Below are positions 13,261 through 27,336 of a DNA stretch of 64,000 nucleotides, piece by piece. The stretch comes from Ostrea edulis. Taxonomy: Eukaryota. Below the pieces are notes generated by a model. The model was given only the letters and a program-made list of their open reading frames with translations. It was not told where the DNA came from and ran no database searches. The stretch covers positions 36,146,001 through 36,210,000 of the forward strand of contig NC_079164.1 of NCBI RefSeq assembly GCF_947568905.1, written 5' to 3'. A program made the position numbers and the translations under genes. The first letter of the stretch is position 1. Each line of letters starts with the position of its first letter.

Positions 13261-13500
13261 ATAACAGATATTGCACTGAAGGTCTAACAGATAACAGATA
13301 TTGCACTGAAGGTCTAACGGATAACAGATATTGCACTGAAGGTCTAACGGATAACAGATATTGCACTGAAGGTCTAACGGATAACAGATATTGCACTGAA
13401 GGTCTAACGGATAACAGATATTGCACTGAAGGTCTAACAGGTAACAGATATTGCACTGAAGGTCTAACGGGTAACAGATATTGCACTGAAGGTCTAACAG
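13261..13500. repeat. 30-bp minisatellite x8 (ataacagatattgcactgaaggtctaacgg)
   Basis: Near-perfect tandem copies; explains the PVRPSVQYLL repeat ORF. Confidence 0.97.
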
Positions 13501-13755
13501 GTGTATCTTGTACTGTTTGTGGACTACTCGTTAGATTTAATTGTTGCACAATACTCAGCCCCTCTTGGTAAATGACAACCATTTTTTCTATATCCATCAA
13601 TTATTGACCATTCTTATTACATGTATGATAATCTTACTGTTACATGTAGTACGAGTTTATGCTCTGTTCATCAGTCAATAGTGAAAAGATACCATCAGCT
13701 GGATTATGCCAGAACACCTTCAAGTCAGAAGAGGATCTAGCATGAGGGGCTGCAA

Positions 13756-13925
13756 TACTGTGGAATACTTAAATTCATGCAGGCCAATTTTTATGGATTA
13801 CCCAGATTTGACAGTTCCGTTGGGATATAATTTTGTGGATTGAGTATTTCATTGTGGTTTGAAATTCATGGAATAGGGCTAACCACAAAAATCGAGTCTC
13901 CATGAAATTTAATGATTCCACAGTA
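13756..13925. mobile_element. Short MITE with tactgtgga / tccacagta termini; relatives near 16022-16152 and 47874-48084
   Basis: Inverted termini TACTGT(G/A)GA...T(C)(C/T)ACAGTA with TA at the ends. Confidence 0.6.
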
Positions 13926-15399
13926 ATGTCTGAACACCTTTCTTGAGTGGGACTCGACTGAACACCTGGAAGTCAGAAAACCTGAAAGGGTTTCTATAAT
14001 CTCTTAAACACCTAGTGCTTTTGTGGGACTCATTTATAATCCCGAGAGACCATTCCTGGATTTTTCTGCATCAGAGTCCAGTAATTTGTTTTACACCAAA
14101 GTCTTCCTCATCCAATGGCGAGTAGGTGTGTTGAGTTATATGATTTCTGGAAACTAACAAGTGGATGGAAAACCTGATTAACCTTTTTTTAAATAACGTA
14201 TAGGTTAAATAACGTATGCTCTAGTTTTCTTCAAGTTTCCCAGACCTTAAAACTGTCACAGTTATACTCATTCTAAACTATGAAGCATGGGAGCTCAGTG
14301 TCAGGGATGGGGCTCTGACTAAGCTCCGCCCAAATACATTATTTTCTAATTACATGTACATCTCAATATACATATATATATATAGATATATACACACATA
14401 TATGTACCAGTATATCATATCAAAAACATGCACAATACATTTTTAAAAATATCAATGGTTTAATACGTATATACATCCCTGTATTTTAATACATGTACAT
14501 CAAAAACAATGTATGATTACAAAAGAATACTAGAATGTCTTAAAACATCTGGTAGGATGTAAGTTATGTGAAAAAATCATTACTGCACACACATACACAC
14601 GACTGAATATTGAATCGGCATTGTGGTATTTTCATTATACTACTTATGTGGATTTTTCTATATTTATTTCTGGATTTTATGTATGTAAATATTAATAAAT
14701 AATTTCGATTGATCATTTTAAAAAATACACGAGGGCATGAACTGCGACGCAATACACCGTGGTATACTGGTGTGAAGTATTGCAGTTCATACCCTCTTGT
14801 ATTTTCAAAAATGAAGTTTATTTCTTATATTTTCATTCTACTTTCATTTCTGTCAGAATTCCCAGTCATCAAAATATGCGTACTGTATTTATCAAGTTTT
14901 ATACACACATTGTTCACGTCTGCATCACATTCATGAGGAAATGGCTATATGATCACAATTGGTAAAGATATCAAAGACAAAAACATTGGATATATATATA
15001 TAATTATATATATATATATTTAAAAAATATGAAAAGAAAACACAGAAATCCTCCGTAAAGCTTTAGCGCTTTCATTACATCTTCAGAAGCTTTATATATA
15101 CATATATACATGTATTGCATTGCCTAGTTAGAAATTTGAAAGTGACTTTGTAAAAATTATTTGATAAAATATATATGCAAGTTTATGTCTGTACTAAATA
15201 CAGTCAAGTAAACAAATCATATACAGATCAACTATATGATACAATTATAGATCTACTATATGATGAAAATTATATGACAAAATTGTATAAATCTATTCAC
15301 TAAAATTATATTGATCTACTATCCTAAAATTATATCAAAGTACTATATGAAAATGTCTAAAAGTTACAATTCAAAGGGATTTAAGCTGTTGACTAACGG

Positions 15400-15861
15400 T
15401 CACTTATTTGTGGCACTAGTGTTGGTCACTTCTTCCTCCAAATCGAGGTCAGGAAACATGTCCACTCCTTCCAGACTTGGAGAGACCGCTTTAATTAATT
15501 GTGATTCATCGTCATTGTCTATGTAAATGTCATCGCTGACATTAGACGCCTCTCTAGTAAACACAGGTCCTCTTTGTGATGTCTCTATCTCCAGTGATCG
15601 CAGTGATCGGATACTCTGAGTCTCGCTGGCCGAGTCCAGCAAGCTGCTTAACAGGCTACTCTGGTCAAAATCTCGAACCTGCTGACTGTCCAGTCTTTCA
15701 AAGGCTTGGGCCAGAGTTTCTTCCGAGGACACATTTGGCCAGGACTTGTCTTTAATGATGTCTTCTTCTAATATTTCGTACTGATACTTGGAGTTGGAGA
15801 AAAGGTCTTCTATCCAGCACTGTACACGTTCTTGCACAAAATAACTTTCAATGATGAATGT
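15400..15861 (-). CDS. ATP13A3: ATP13A exon 30 (terminal; long acidic tail)
   Basis: ttgcag|[10 protein letters not shown]...[19 protein letters not shown]...TNK*; the SK..Y..L..D....WP pattern matches P5B C-termini. Confidence 0.88.
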   Translation of the reverse strand, partial: TFIIESYFVQERVQCWIEDLFSNSKYQYEILEEDIIKDKSWPNVSSEETLAQAFERLDSQQVRDFDQSSLLSSLLDSASETQSIRSLRSLEIETSQRGPVFTREASNVSDDIYIDNDDESQLIKAVSPSLEGVDMFPDLDLEEEVTNTSATNK

Positions 15862-18800
15862 CTGCAATTAAATGAAATTGAAAATTAAAATTCATAAAAC
15901 CAAAAAAAATATTAAGAACATCATAAGAATACTTTTGTGATTTAGTGACCTTAAAAGTAGGTCCTGTGTCACAGTAGGCATAAGCATGTTAACTTATTAC
16001 TACCGCCTCGAGTGCCACACATACTGTAGATTCCTATATATATCCAAGGAATTTAAAATATTGCGTATTATCGCGAGAAACATCTTGCGATTTGACATCT
16101 AAGAGTCATTTCGCGATATCAAGTACATGTGTAAAATAAGGAATTTACAGTACAGCAAAAGCAGCACTTTATCTACAGCTTGTGATGTGTTTATTTGAAT
16201 GAAACATAAATCAACATACAAACAAACAAAACAAAAATCTCAGCTAGTGTGAAAATAAGCATTTTGAATATCTACTCAACTGGGTACAAGATTGCACCTA
16301 TTTTACCCTTCCATTTTTATAACCTGAGTATAAATACAAGTAACATTTACAGCAACATCATTCTGCAGGTCAAAATGAATATAGAATGACTAAATTACTA
16401 ACAAAAAACACCATCATGCATGTATTTACCAAATAATTTACAGAAGTCCGCGTGGAATTTATAGTACAGGTACCTTAGAGTACAATCCATGACATAGCTC
16501 CCACAAAGCATGCTCCAGGAATAAGATCTCCTAGAACACAATCCAGTACAAAGCTCTAACAAAGCAATCTCAAGGAAATACTAGTAGCTCTCTTATAAAA
16601 CACTCCAGTATACAGCTTCCAACAAGAGGTACTTATGCTCATTAAGAATATCCTCTGCTTACCCCAATCTCCCAAAGGGTGTTGTTAATAGGTATAGATT
16701 ACCTCTTTCCTGAGTGTAAAAAAGAAAGGGCATGACAAAACCTTGGGTAGTCTCTTCTCTAGGGAGAAATGGATAAGAGATGAAACCATATTACTACTTC
16801 GATGTCCAGTGCACTTGACCTTTGACCTTTTGACCCCAAATTCGATAGGGAACATCCTCGTCCCATGGGTAGTTCATATGTATGACAGTAGGTGGAAAGG
16901 ATAACGCTTTAGAGCCTGGAAACCATTGTGTCTACAGATGGACGGACAGACAGACAGACAAACGGACAACCTGATTCCAGTACACCCTCCCACAATTTTG
17001 TTGCAGGGGTATAAAAATCATAATCCAGAACATTATAGCTCTCTTAGAACACACTCCAGGAGATAGCTCTCTTATGACAAAACTCCTACAGAACACACTC
17101 CTACAAAACACATTCCTACAGAACACACTCCTACACAACACACTCCTACAGAACACACTCCTACACAACACACTCCTACAGAACACACACACCTACACAA
17201 CACACTCCTACAGAACACACTCCTACAGAACACTCTACTACACAACACACCCCTACAGAACACACTCCTACAGAACACACTACTACAGAACACACTCCTA
17301 CAGAACACACACACCTACACAACACACTCCTACAGAACACACTCCTACAGAACACACTCCTACAAAACACACTCCTACAGAACACACTCCTACACAACAC
17401 ACTCCTACAGAACACACTCCTACAGAACACACTCCTACACAACACACTCCTACACAACACACTCCTACACAACACACTCATACAGAACAAACACACCTAC
17501 ACAACACACACCTACACAACACACTCCTACACAACACACTCCTACAGAACACACTCCTACACAACACACTCCTACAGAACACACTCCTACACAACACACT
17601 CCTAAAGAACACACTCCTACAGTACACACCCCTACAGAACAAACTCCTACAGAACACACTCCTACAGAACACACACCTACAGAACACACTACAGAACACA
17701 CTCCTACAGAACACACTCCTACAGAACACACTCCTACACAACACACTCCTACACAACACACTCCTACACAACACACTCCTACAGAACACACTCCTACACA
17801 ACAAACTCCTACAGAACACTCTTACAGAACAGACTCCTACACAACACACTCCTACAGAACACACTCCTACAAAACAAACTCCTACAGAACACACTACATA
17901 ACACACTCCTACAGAACACACTCCTACACAACACACTCCTACAGAACACTCCTACATAACACACTCCTACAGAACACACTCCTACAGAACACACTCCAGA
18001 ACACATTCCTACAGAACACTCTTACAGAACACATTCCTACACAACACACTCCTACAGAACACACTCCTACAGAACACATTCCTACACAACACACTCCTAC
18101 ACAATACACTCCTACAGGACACATTCCTATAGAACACATTCCTACACAACACACTCCTACACAACACACTCCTACAGAACACACTCCTACAGAACACTCC
18201 TACATAACACACTCCTACACAACACACTCCTACAGAACCCACTACAGAACCCACTCCTACAGAACACACTCCTACAGAACAAACTCCAGAACACATTCCT
18301 ACAGAACACACTCCTACAGAACACTCTTACAGAACACATTCCTACACAACACACTCCTACAGAACACACTCCTACATAACACATTCCTATAGAACACATT
18401 CCTACACAACACACTCCTACACAATACACTCCTACAGGACACATTCCTATAGAACACATTCCTACACAACACACTCCTACAGAACACACTCCTACAGAAC
18501 ACACTCCTACAGAACACACTCCTACACAACACACTCCTACACAACACATTCCTACAGAACACACTCCTACACAACAAACTCCTACAGAACAGACTCCTAC
18601 ACAACACACTCCTACACAACAAACTCCTACAGAACAAACTCCTACAGAACACTCTTACAGAACAGACTCCTACACAACACACTCCTACAGAACACACTCC
18701 TACAAAACAAACTCCTACAGAACACACTACATAACACACTCCTACAGAAAACACTCCTAAAGAACACACTCCTACAGAACACTCCTACACAACACACTCC

Positions 18801-21800
18801 TACACAACACACTCCTACAGAACACACTCCTACAGAACACACACCTACAGAACACACACCTACAGAACACACTCCTACAGAACACACTCCTACAGAACAC
18901 ACTCCTACAGAACACACTCCTACACAACACACTCCTACACAACAAACTCCTACAGAACACTCTTACAGAACAGACTCCTACACAACACACTCCTACAGAA
19001 CACACTCCTACACAACAAACTCCTACAGAACACACTACATAACACACTCCTACAGAACACACTCCTACACAACACACTCCTACAGAACACTCCTACATAA
19101 CACACTCCTACACAACACACTCCTACAGAACACACTCCTACAGAACACACTCCTACACAACACACTCCTACAGAACACACTCCTACAGAACACACTCCTA
19201 CAGAACACACTCCAGAACACATTCCTACAGAACACTCTTACAGAACACATTCCTACACAACACACTCCTACAGAACACACTCCTACAGAACACATTCCTA
19301 CACAACACACTCCTACACAATACACTCCTACAGGACACATTCCTATAGAACACATTCCTACACAACACACTCCTACACAACACACTCCTACAGAACACAC
19401 TCCTACAGAACACTCCTACATAACACACTCCTACACAACACACTCCTACAGAACCCACTACAGAACCCACTCCTACAGAACACACTCCTACAGAACAAAC
19501 TCCAGAACACATTCCTACAGAACACACTCCTACAGAACACTCTTACAGAACACATTCCTACACAACACACTCCTACAGAACACACTCCTACATAACACAT
19601 TCCTATAGAACACATTCCTACACAACACACTCCTACACAATACACTCCTACAGGACACATTCCTATAGAACACATTCCTACACAACACACTCCTACAGAA
19701 CACACTCCTACAGAACACACTCCTACAGAACACACTCATACACAACACACCCCTACACAACACACCCCTACACAACACACTCCTACACAACACACTCCTA
19801 CACAACACACTCCTACACAACACACTCCTACAGAACACACTCCTACACAACACACTCCTACACAACACATTCCTACAGAACACACTCCTACACAACAAAC
19901 TCCTACAGAACACTCTTACAGAACAGACTCCTACACAACACACTCCTACACAACAAACTCCTACAGAACAAACTCCTACAGAACACTCTTACAGAACAGA
20001 CTCCTACACAACACACTCCTACAGAACACACTCCTACAAAACAAACTCCTACAGAACACACTACATAACACACTCCTACAGAAAACACTCCTACAGAACA
20101 CACTCCTACAGAACACTCCTACAGAACACACTCCTACACAACACACTCCTACAGAACACACTCCTACAGAACACACTCCTACAGAACACACTCCAGAACA
20201 CATTCCTACAGAACACACTCCTACAGAACACTCTTACAGAACACATTCCTACAGAACACACTCCTACAGAACACACTCCTACAGAACACATTCCTACACA
20301 ACACACTCCTACACAATACACTCCTACAGGACACATTCCTATAGAACACATTCCTACACAACACACTCCTACACAACACACTCCTACAGAACCCACTCCT
20401 ACAGAACACTCCTACAGAACACACTCCTACACAACACACTCCTACAGAACCCACTACAGAACACACTCCTACAGAACACACTCCTACAGAACAAACTCCA
20501 GAACACATTCCTACAGAACACACTCCTACAGAACACTCTTACAGAACACATTCCTACACAACACACTCCTACAGAACACACTCCTACAGAACACATTCCT
20601 ATAGAACACATTCCTACACAACACACTCCTACACAATACACTCCTACAGGACACATTCCTATAGAACACATTCCTACACAACACACTTCTACAGAACACA
20701 CTCCTACAGAACACACTCCTACACAACACACCCCTACACAACACACCCCTACACAACACACTCCTACACAACACACTCCTACAGAACACACTCATACACA
20801 ACACACCCCTACAGAACACACTCCTACACAACACACTCCTACAGGACACATTCCTACAGGACACATTCCTACAGGACACATTCCTACACAACACACTCCT
20901 ACACAACACACCCCTACACAACACACCCCTACAGAACACACTCCTACAGAACACACTCCTACACAACACACTCCTACAGGACACATTCCTACACAACACA
21001 CTCCTACACAACACACTCCTACACAACACATTCCTACACAACACACTCATACAGAACACACTCATACACAACACACTCCTACAGAACACACTCCTACACA
21101 ACACACTCCTACAGAACACACTCATACACAACACACCCCTACAGAACACACTCCTACAGGACACATTCCTGCAGAACACTCTACAGAACACACTCCGATA
21201 GAACATGTCTGATATATCATGAGTGCATGTTGTAGGCCTAAGTTACCTCTAAAAAGTAATCCAAAAAGAAGTTGATGACTGCAATTCCAAGGTATACACA
21301 TCTGTAGGGGATTGAAGGAGCTGGCTTCATTTCAAAGAATTCTGCTACTTCATCGGTTGGGTAGATGTTCAGCCACACGGTCATGGCAATGCATACAAAC
21401 AAGTTAGCCAAAAAAAAATCTGAAAAAGAAAAGTCGATATTCATCATTCTGACAATAAAAGAGAGAATGTGATAATATATGAAATTTAATGAAAATTTTA
21501 CCATTAGTACATGCAGTGATAGTAAGTTGGCAAATTTGCCAACCTTAAACAATTTCAGAGTATGTGATTTGTTTGCTAAAAGTGGATTTGACTTTTCTAA
21601 TGTTTATAAGGATTAAGAAATTCCAGAAATTGAGAAAAGGGCATGAAAGGGGAAGGAGGGGGGGGGATATGATGATTTTGCAGATTAAAGAATAAAGATC
21701 CTATGATGAATTCAAGTTAGCTTAAAGTCTTGATGGAGGTGAGGGATTTCTGAATGATATTACAAAAAGATGACTTTAAAATGTGTTTCCATTTAAGGCT

Positions 21801-24800
21801 AGCACTTTGTAAAAGATAGCTCTCATTTCAAACTGATTATAACTTTCTTACAGACTTACAGTTTGTGAATATGGTTTTTCGATAAGGCCTTCCTTTGGAA
21901 AACACAATTGCCAGTGTGATGTATTGATACATCGAGATGACGTAAACTGCCATGTTCTCGTAACTTGTGTAGTCATCGTCCTCATTAATCTTATAGGGAA
22001 CAAACCTGTCAATCAAACAAGATTACTGAAGGTCATTCCAAACCGTATTATTCATTTTGGGACCAAGGAAGGGAAAACTAGCTATAGATTTATAGCTCTC
22101 TGGGAAAATATTGGGACAGACATTTTCCCAGAGATCTACAGCTACCCTAAAACTTGCTTTGAAATTAAACAGGAAACTATGTCCTACTGCACAAAGTTTG
22201 TAACATTTTCCTATTGAAGGTAAAAACATTGGAAATGTAAATATATATCATATCCACCAACTCAACAACAAATTTACACAAACAGAATCTGTAGTTTCAA
22301 ATTACGGATAAAATCAGGGCCGAATTATGTTTGTGACCCTAGTTCTTTTTGCAAACATTGCAGAATTATATGAAAATAATTGCCTTGTAAATAAAAACAA
22401 ATCTGCAGAACTTTTCCCCAGATTCTGAAGATGGAAGAAAAGTATTAATGATGCACAACTACACTGCTTAACACCTATGGAAGACTGGCTTAAAAATCAT
22501 ATAAAGAATATTCCTCCATTTTAAGTTTAGTTAATATACTAAGGTATGTATAGTGACAGTAAAACACTCATAGTGTACCTCCTGCTCCAGCGTAAAACAG
22601 TTCTTTATAACCAAACCTTGTTGTATACAATATTATTTTTGTTATTCTTCTCTCATAAAGGAATAACTATCACTTCGTAATAAGCATAAATTCATTATAA
22701 ACGTGTTTGTTATAAGTGTGTTTTACTATATGTGTAATGGAGGTTGAGTAATACCATGGCTGGTCCTGGACATTGAAATAACAGAAGACCTGAGCTGCAG
22801 TCTGTATTCCCATATGGAGTAGAATGGATAAGACGGGAGCGACACTGAAGAGACTAACCAGGGGCGGGTCCTTGGACAAACTGTCGTACGCGTTAGTGTA
22901 TCCAACTGTAATCAAACAAAACTTCATTACAAGGGTGCAGCCTGGAATAGCATGATGAAGCATGTAAAACACAACATAGACAATGTGCAAGTCAAAAATC
23001 AAAATACTTCATTATACACAAATCATGATTCTTTCTATCTTACAAGTACAGTAAAACACACTTACAGTGAACAAGATTATAATGAATTCATGCTTGCAGC
23101 GAAGTTATTTTCATTCCTTGTGGTTTTACAACATATTTTGAACTTAAAAGTGATAATGAATTATGTTTATATTCAATCAAAGTTGACTTCATTATAAGTG
23201 GGTTTTACTGTATCATATTTTGCTGTTGGGGAAGAGGCCAATTTATCTGCAGTTCAGATGAGATTTTTTCACTGCTGTGCTTACCGCAATTCACCTTTGA
23301 ATTAGAACGCTTTATCCAATATAGTATTGCGTTGTGTGACGACACAATTGAATGAGATGATTGAACAGTTTGAATGACATGTTTGGTGTAATACAATAAG
23401 AGTTTTCATTGGCCGATTACAGTCTGCCCACTTTCTCAAGCGGATTCAGCTGATCAGATAAGATGGACGGACTAGAAAATTACTAGGCCTAGCATGCTTA
23501 CATGGTATAGTTTAATTGTGTGTGACTTACATGTGAGTGTACTCGGGTGTAGTTTAATTGTGTGTGACTTACATGTGAGTGTACTCGGGTGTAGTTTAAT
23601 TGTGTGTGACTTACATGTGAGTGTACTCGGGTATAGTTTAATTGTGTGTGACTTACATGTGAGTGTACTCGGGTGCAGTTTAATTGTGTGTGACTTACAC
23701 GTGAGTGTACTCGGGTATAGTTTAATTGTGTGTGACTTACATGTGAGTGTACTTGAGTGTAGTTTAATTGTGTGTGACTTACATGTGAGTGTACTTGGGT
23801 ATAGTTTAATTGTGTGTGACTTACATGTCAGTGTATTCGGGTGTAGTTTAATTGTGTGTGACTTACATGTGAGTGTACTCGGGTGTAGTTTAATTGTGTG
23901 TGACTTACACGTGAGTGTACTCGGGTGTAGTTTAATTGTGTGTGACTTACACGTGAGTGTACTCGGGTGTAGTTTAATTGTGTGTGACTTACATGTGAGT
24001 GTACTCAGATATAGTTTAATTGTGTGTGACTTACATGTGAGTGTACTTGGGTGTAGTTTAATTGTGTGTGACTTACACGTGAGTGTACTCGGGTATAGTT
24101 TAATTGTGTGTGACTTACATGTGAGTGTACTTGGGTATAGTTTAATTGTGTGTGACTTACATGTCAGTGTATTCGGGTGTAGTTTAATTGTGTGTGACTT
24201 ACATGTCAGTGTACTCGGGTGTAGTTTAATTGTGTGTGACTTACACGTGAGTGTACTCGGGTGTAGTTTAATTGTGTGTGACTTACACGTGAGTGTACTC
24301 GGGTGTAGTTTAATTGTGTGTGACTTACATGTGACACTGAGCGATGTCAACAGGAACAAATCTATGTATAGGAACTCGAAGTCTGTCAGGTTGGCAAATA
24401 TCTGTCAAAATCACAAACAATTATAATATCGCTACTGCTAGACATCATACGGAAAATAAAATAAAACGTTTCAAAGATGTTTTCTCTAAGACATATTCCT
24501 CTTTTTCAATATTCATGATTAAAAAAAAAATTGGCAAGAGATGAATAAGTTTTAACTAAAATTCATTGTATATTCTTTCAAAACTTATCAAATATTCAAG
24601 TATAACTTAAAGAATCACAAACTATATAGATTAATTTCAACCAACAAAACAAGCAAAACATTGTAAACTGACCCAATAGAGAATTAAGACGGTGACAAAT
24701 TGAGTCAAACTGTAGCAGGCCATGTACTTAAAAATTCCGAACGAAGTCACCAGAGCTCCTCGGCCTTGTCTACAAGAGAGACCCATCATTCAGTGCGGTA

Positions 24801-27227
24801 TACTATTTGTACACTAGAGAAAATCTCACAGTGGATATATCCATAGTTCAATCAATAGTTGACAACTAACAGATGGATGCAGAATTTACCTGATAAGTGT
24901 TGGGACACATTCAATGTTGGGTTGTTTTGACGTAAATGGAGATGCCACAGAAGCCTCTGCCTCGGACAGTGAAATTCCAGCGTGTGCCGTCTTGAGGGCC
25001 CCACAGTCATTAGCCCCATCCCCACACATCCCGACAAAGTACCTAGGACAGAGAGGTGACAGGTGACAATTAAACTGTGACACAGACCAGAGTCTCTTTG
25101 TAATCGTTATTTCCCATTCATGAAATAAATTAATGGGAACATACACGTGTAACACACTTCAATGACTGATTTTCTTGTTCTGAATATCTCCGATTTTCAC
25201 ATAAACAAAATTGTAACAGATGATTTACCCTAACTCCTGCAGAACTTCTATTAATTGTGATTTCTGGTCAGGTGACATTCTAGCGAACACCGTCCCTCGT
25301 ACACAGATCTAGAAAGGAAATTTCTGCAGCGTATTTGATACAATGGTGTTTCATCATAACCTACATTATCAACAAGATGTATTTGTGAGACATATTATGC
25401 TCCTGGGTGTGTCTGTGTTCATGCATGCAATTTGCTTCAATGACCTTGACCTTCACAAGTCCATCACTTTGATTTTTCATCATAAATTAACATGCTATAT
25501 ATACCACAAAGCAGGTGTTTCTGAGTTTATATGTTTGAAACTTTTAAGAATTCAGTCTATCTATGACATACCTTCTGCAGTATCAGGGGGAAATGTTTTC
25601 TGATGATGGCCCATGTCTTTCCATCCATAGCAAAGTGGTAGTAGGAATCTGTATGGAAATCAAAGGGCATGCTAATTTTCGTCTCTTTCTGTAATGGAAA
25701 CAAGATGTGTTTGTGAAACACTGATGCCACTGGATTACAACAAAGTGGAACTGTAAGACATTGTATCCCTCTTTTTGAAAATTTCCAAAACTAGGTCAAT
25801 GGTCAATATTACGCTCACAAGGTCAACAAATCTGGTATCGTTGAAAAGGTTTTCTCACAAAAAAATGCACATGCTTAATATAAAAACAGTACCTCTTACA
25901 ATTTGGAAGATATGGCTTATATTCAAATTTCTATAAGCAGGTTAAATGTAAAGGTCACCAGGTCAAGGATTTTGTCAATGGAAAGGAATGCACATACAAA
26001 AATTGAAAGGTCTACCTCTTATGGTGTAAAAGATATAACCAAGGTTAAAGTTGTTTGAAAATTTCCAAAAACTAGGTCAAAGGTCAAGGTCACAATGTCA
26101 ACACCTAGTATCATTGGAAAGTCATCTCACAAAGAATTCAGATGCTAAACATAAAAGCAGTACCTCTTACGATTGAAAGATATGGCTTATACTTGAATTT
26201 TTTAAAAGTAGGTCAAAAGTCAATGTTAAGTTACCAAGTCAAAAAGTTTGGTGTCAGTGGAAAGGTTCTTGACACAAGAAATACACATACGAAATATGAA
26301 AGCTCTACCTCTTATAGTGTAAAAGATATGACCAAGGTCAGAGTTTTTTACCACACAGACAGACAGGCCAAAAACTAAATGCCCCTGAATCTTTTATTAC
26401 AGGGGCATAAAAAAAACACATGATACATACACATATCAACTTAATAAAGATATGGTTTGTGTACATTTTAACCTACTAACAAAATGTTACATAACTCACA
26501 GTAGATTTGTCATGGCCATGGTCGTCCGGATCTTCCGTATACATGTACTCCAGCCACGGGTCCTTCTTACCAGGAGTTCCGGGAAAGGCCTGGACTAGGA
26601 TGATCCTCTGATTTTCGCCGACCATCCCACATTCCCGAGCCACACTCAGAGCTGTTAACATGTTGTCTCCTGAAACAGAAACAACTTTCACAATTCCCTC
26701 CTCTCCAATCAACAATGATAATTTCCTTCTTTAAACAAGAGGCCCAAGGGCCACATCGCTCACCTGAGTCACCTTGGCTCATATTTAAAAATTTTCCCTA
26801 TATATTTGTGTGCAAAACTTTGATCCCCCCTTGTGACCCCATCCTACCCCTGGGGGGGCCATGATTTTAACAAACTGAAATTTGTAATATGTCGGAAAGC
26901 TTTCATGTAAATCTCAGCTTTTCTGGCTCCGTGGTTCTTGAGAAGAAGATTTTTAAAGATTTATCCTTTATATTATGTAAAACTTTGATCCCCTATTGTG
27001 GCCCCATCCAACCCCCGGGGGGGCATGATTTGAACAAACTTGAATCTGCATTATGTCAGGAAGCTTTCATGTAAATTTCAGCTTTTCTGGCTCAGTGGTT
27101 CTTGAGAAGAAGATTTTTAAATGACCCCACCATATTTTTGCATTTTTGTAATTATCTCCCCTTTGAAAGGGACATGGCCCTTCATTTGAACAAACTTGAA
27201 AGCCCTTTACCCAAGGATGCTTTGTGG

Positions 27228-27258
<31 letters not shown>

Positions 27259-27299
27259 TGAGAGGAAGTTGAAAATGTGATAAGTTTATGACGACGACA

Positions 27300-27336
<37 letters not shown>

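Noticed and set aside
13169-13600. 143-aa minus-strand ORF as a separate gene or extra ATP13A exon
   Set aside because: More than half is the 30-bp repeat, the flanks resemble nothing I recognise, and ATP13A already has a stop at 15400.
16932-21206. Many Cys/Val-rich and His/Thr-rich ORFs (CRSVF, VGVC, QNTLL, TEHTP)
   Set aside because: They are read-throughs of the 15-bp intronic minisatellite in several frames, with no unique coding sequence.
23494-24426. 310-aa plus-strand ORF ([12 protein letters not shown] repeats)
   Set aside because: Antisense read-through of the 42-bp array; it overlaps a real minus-strand exon.
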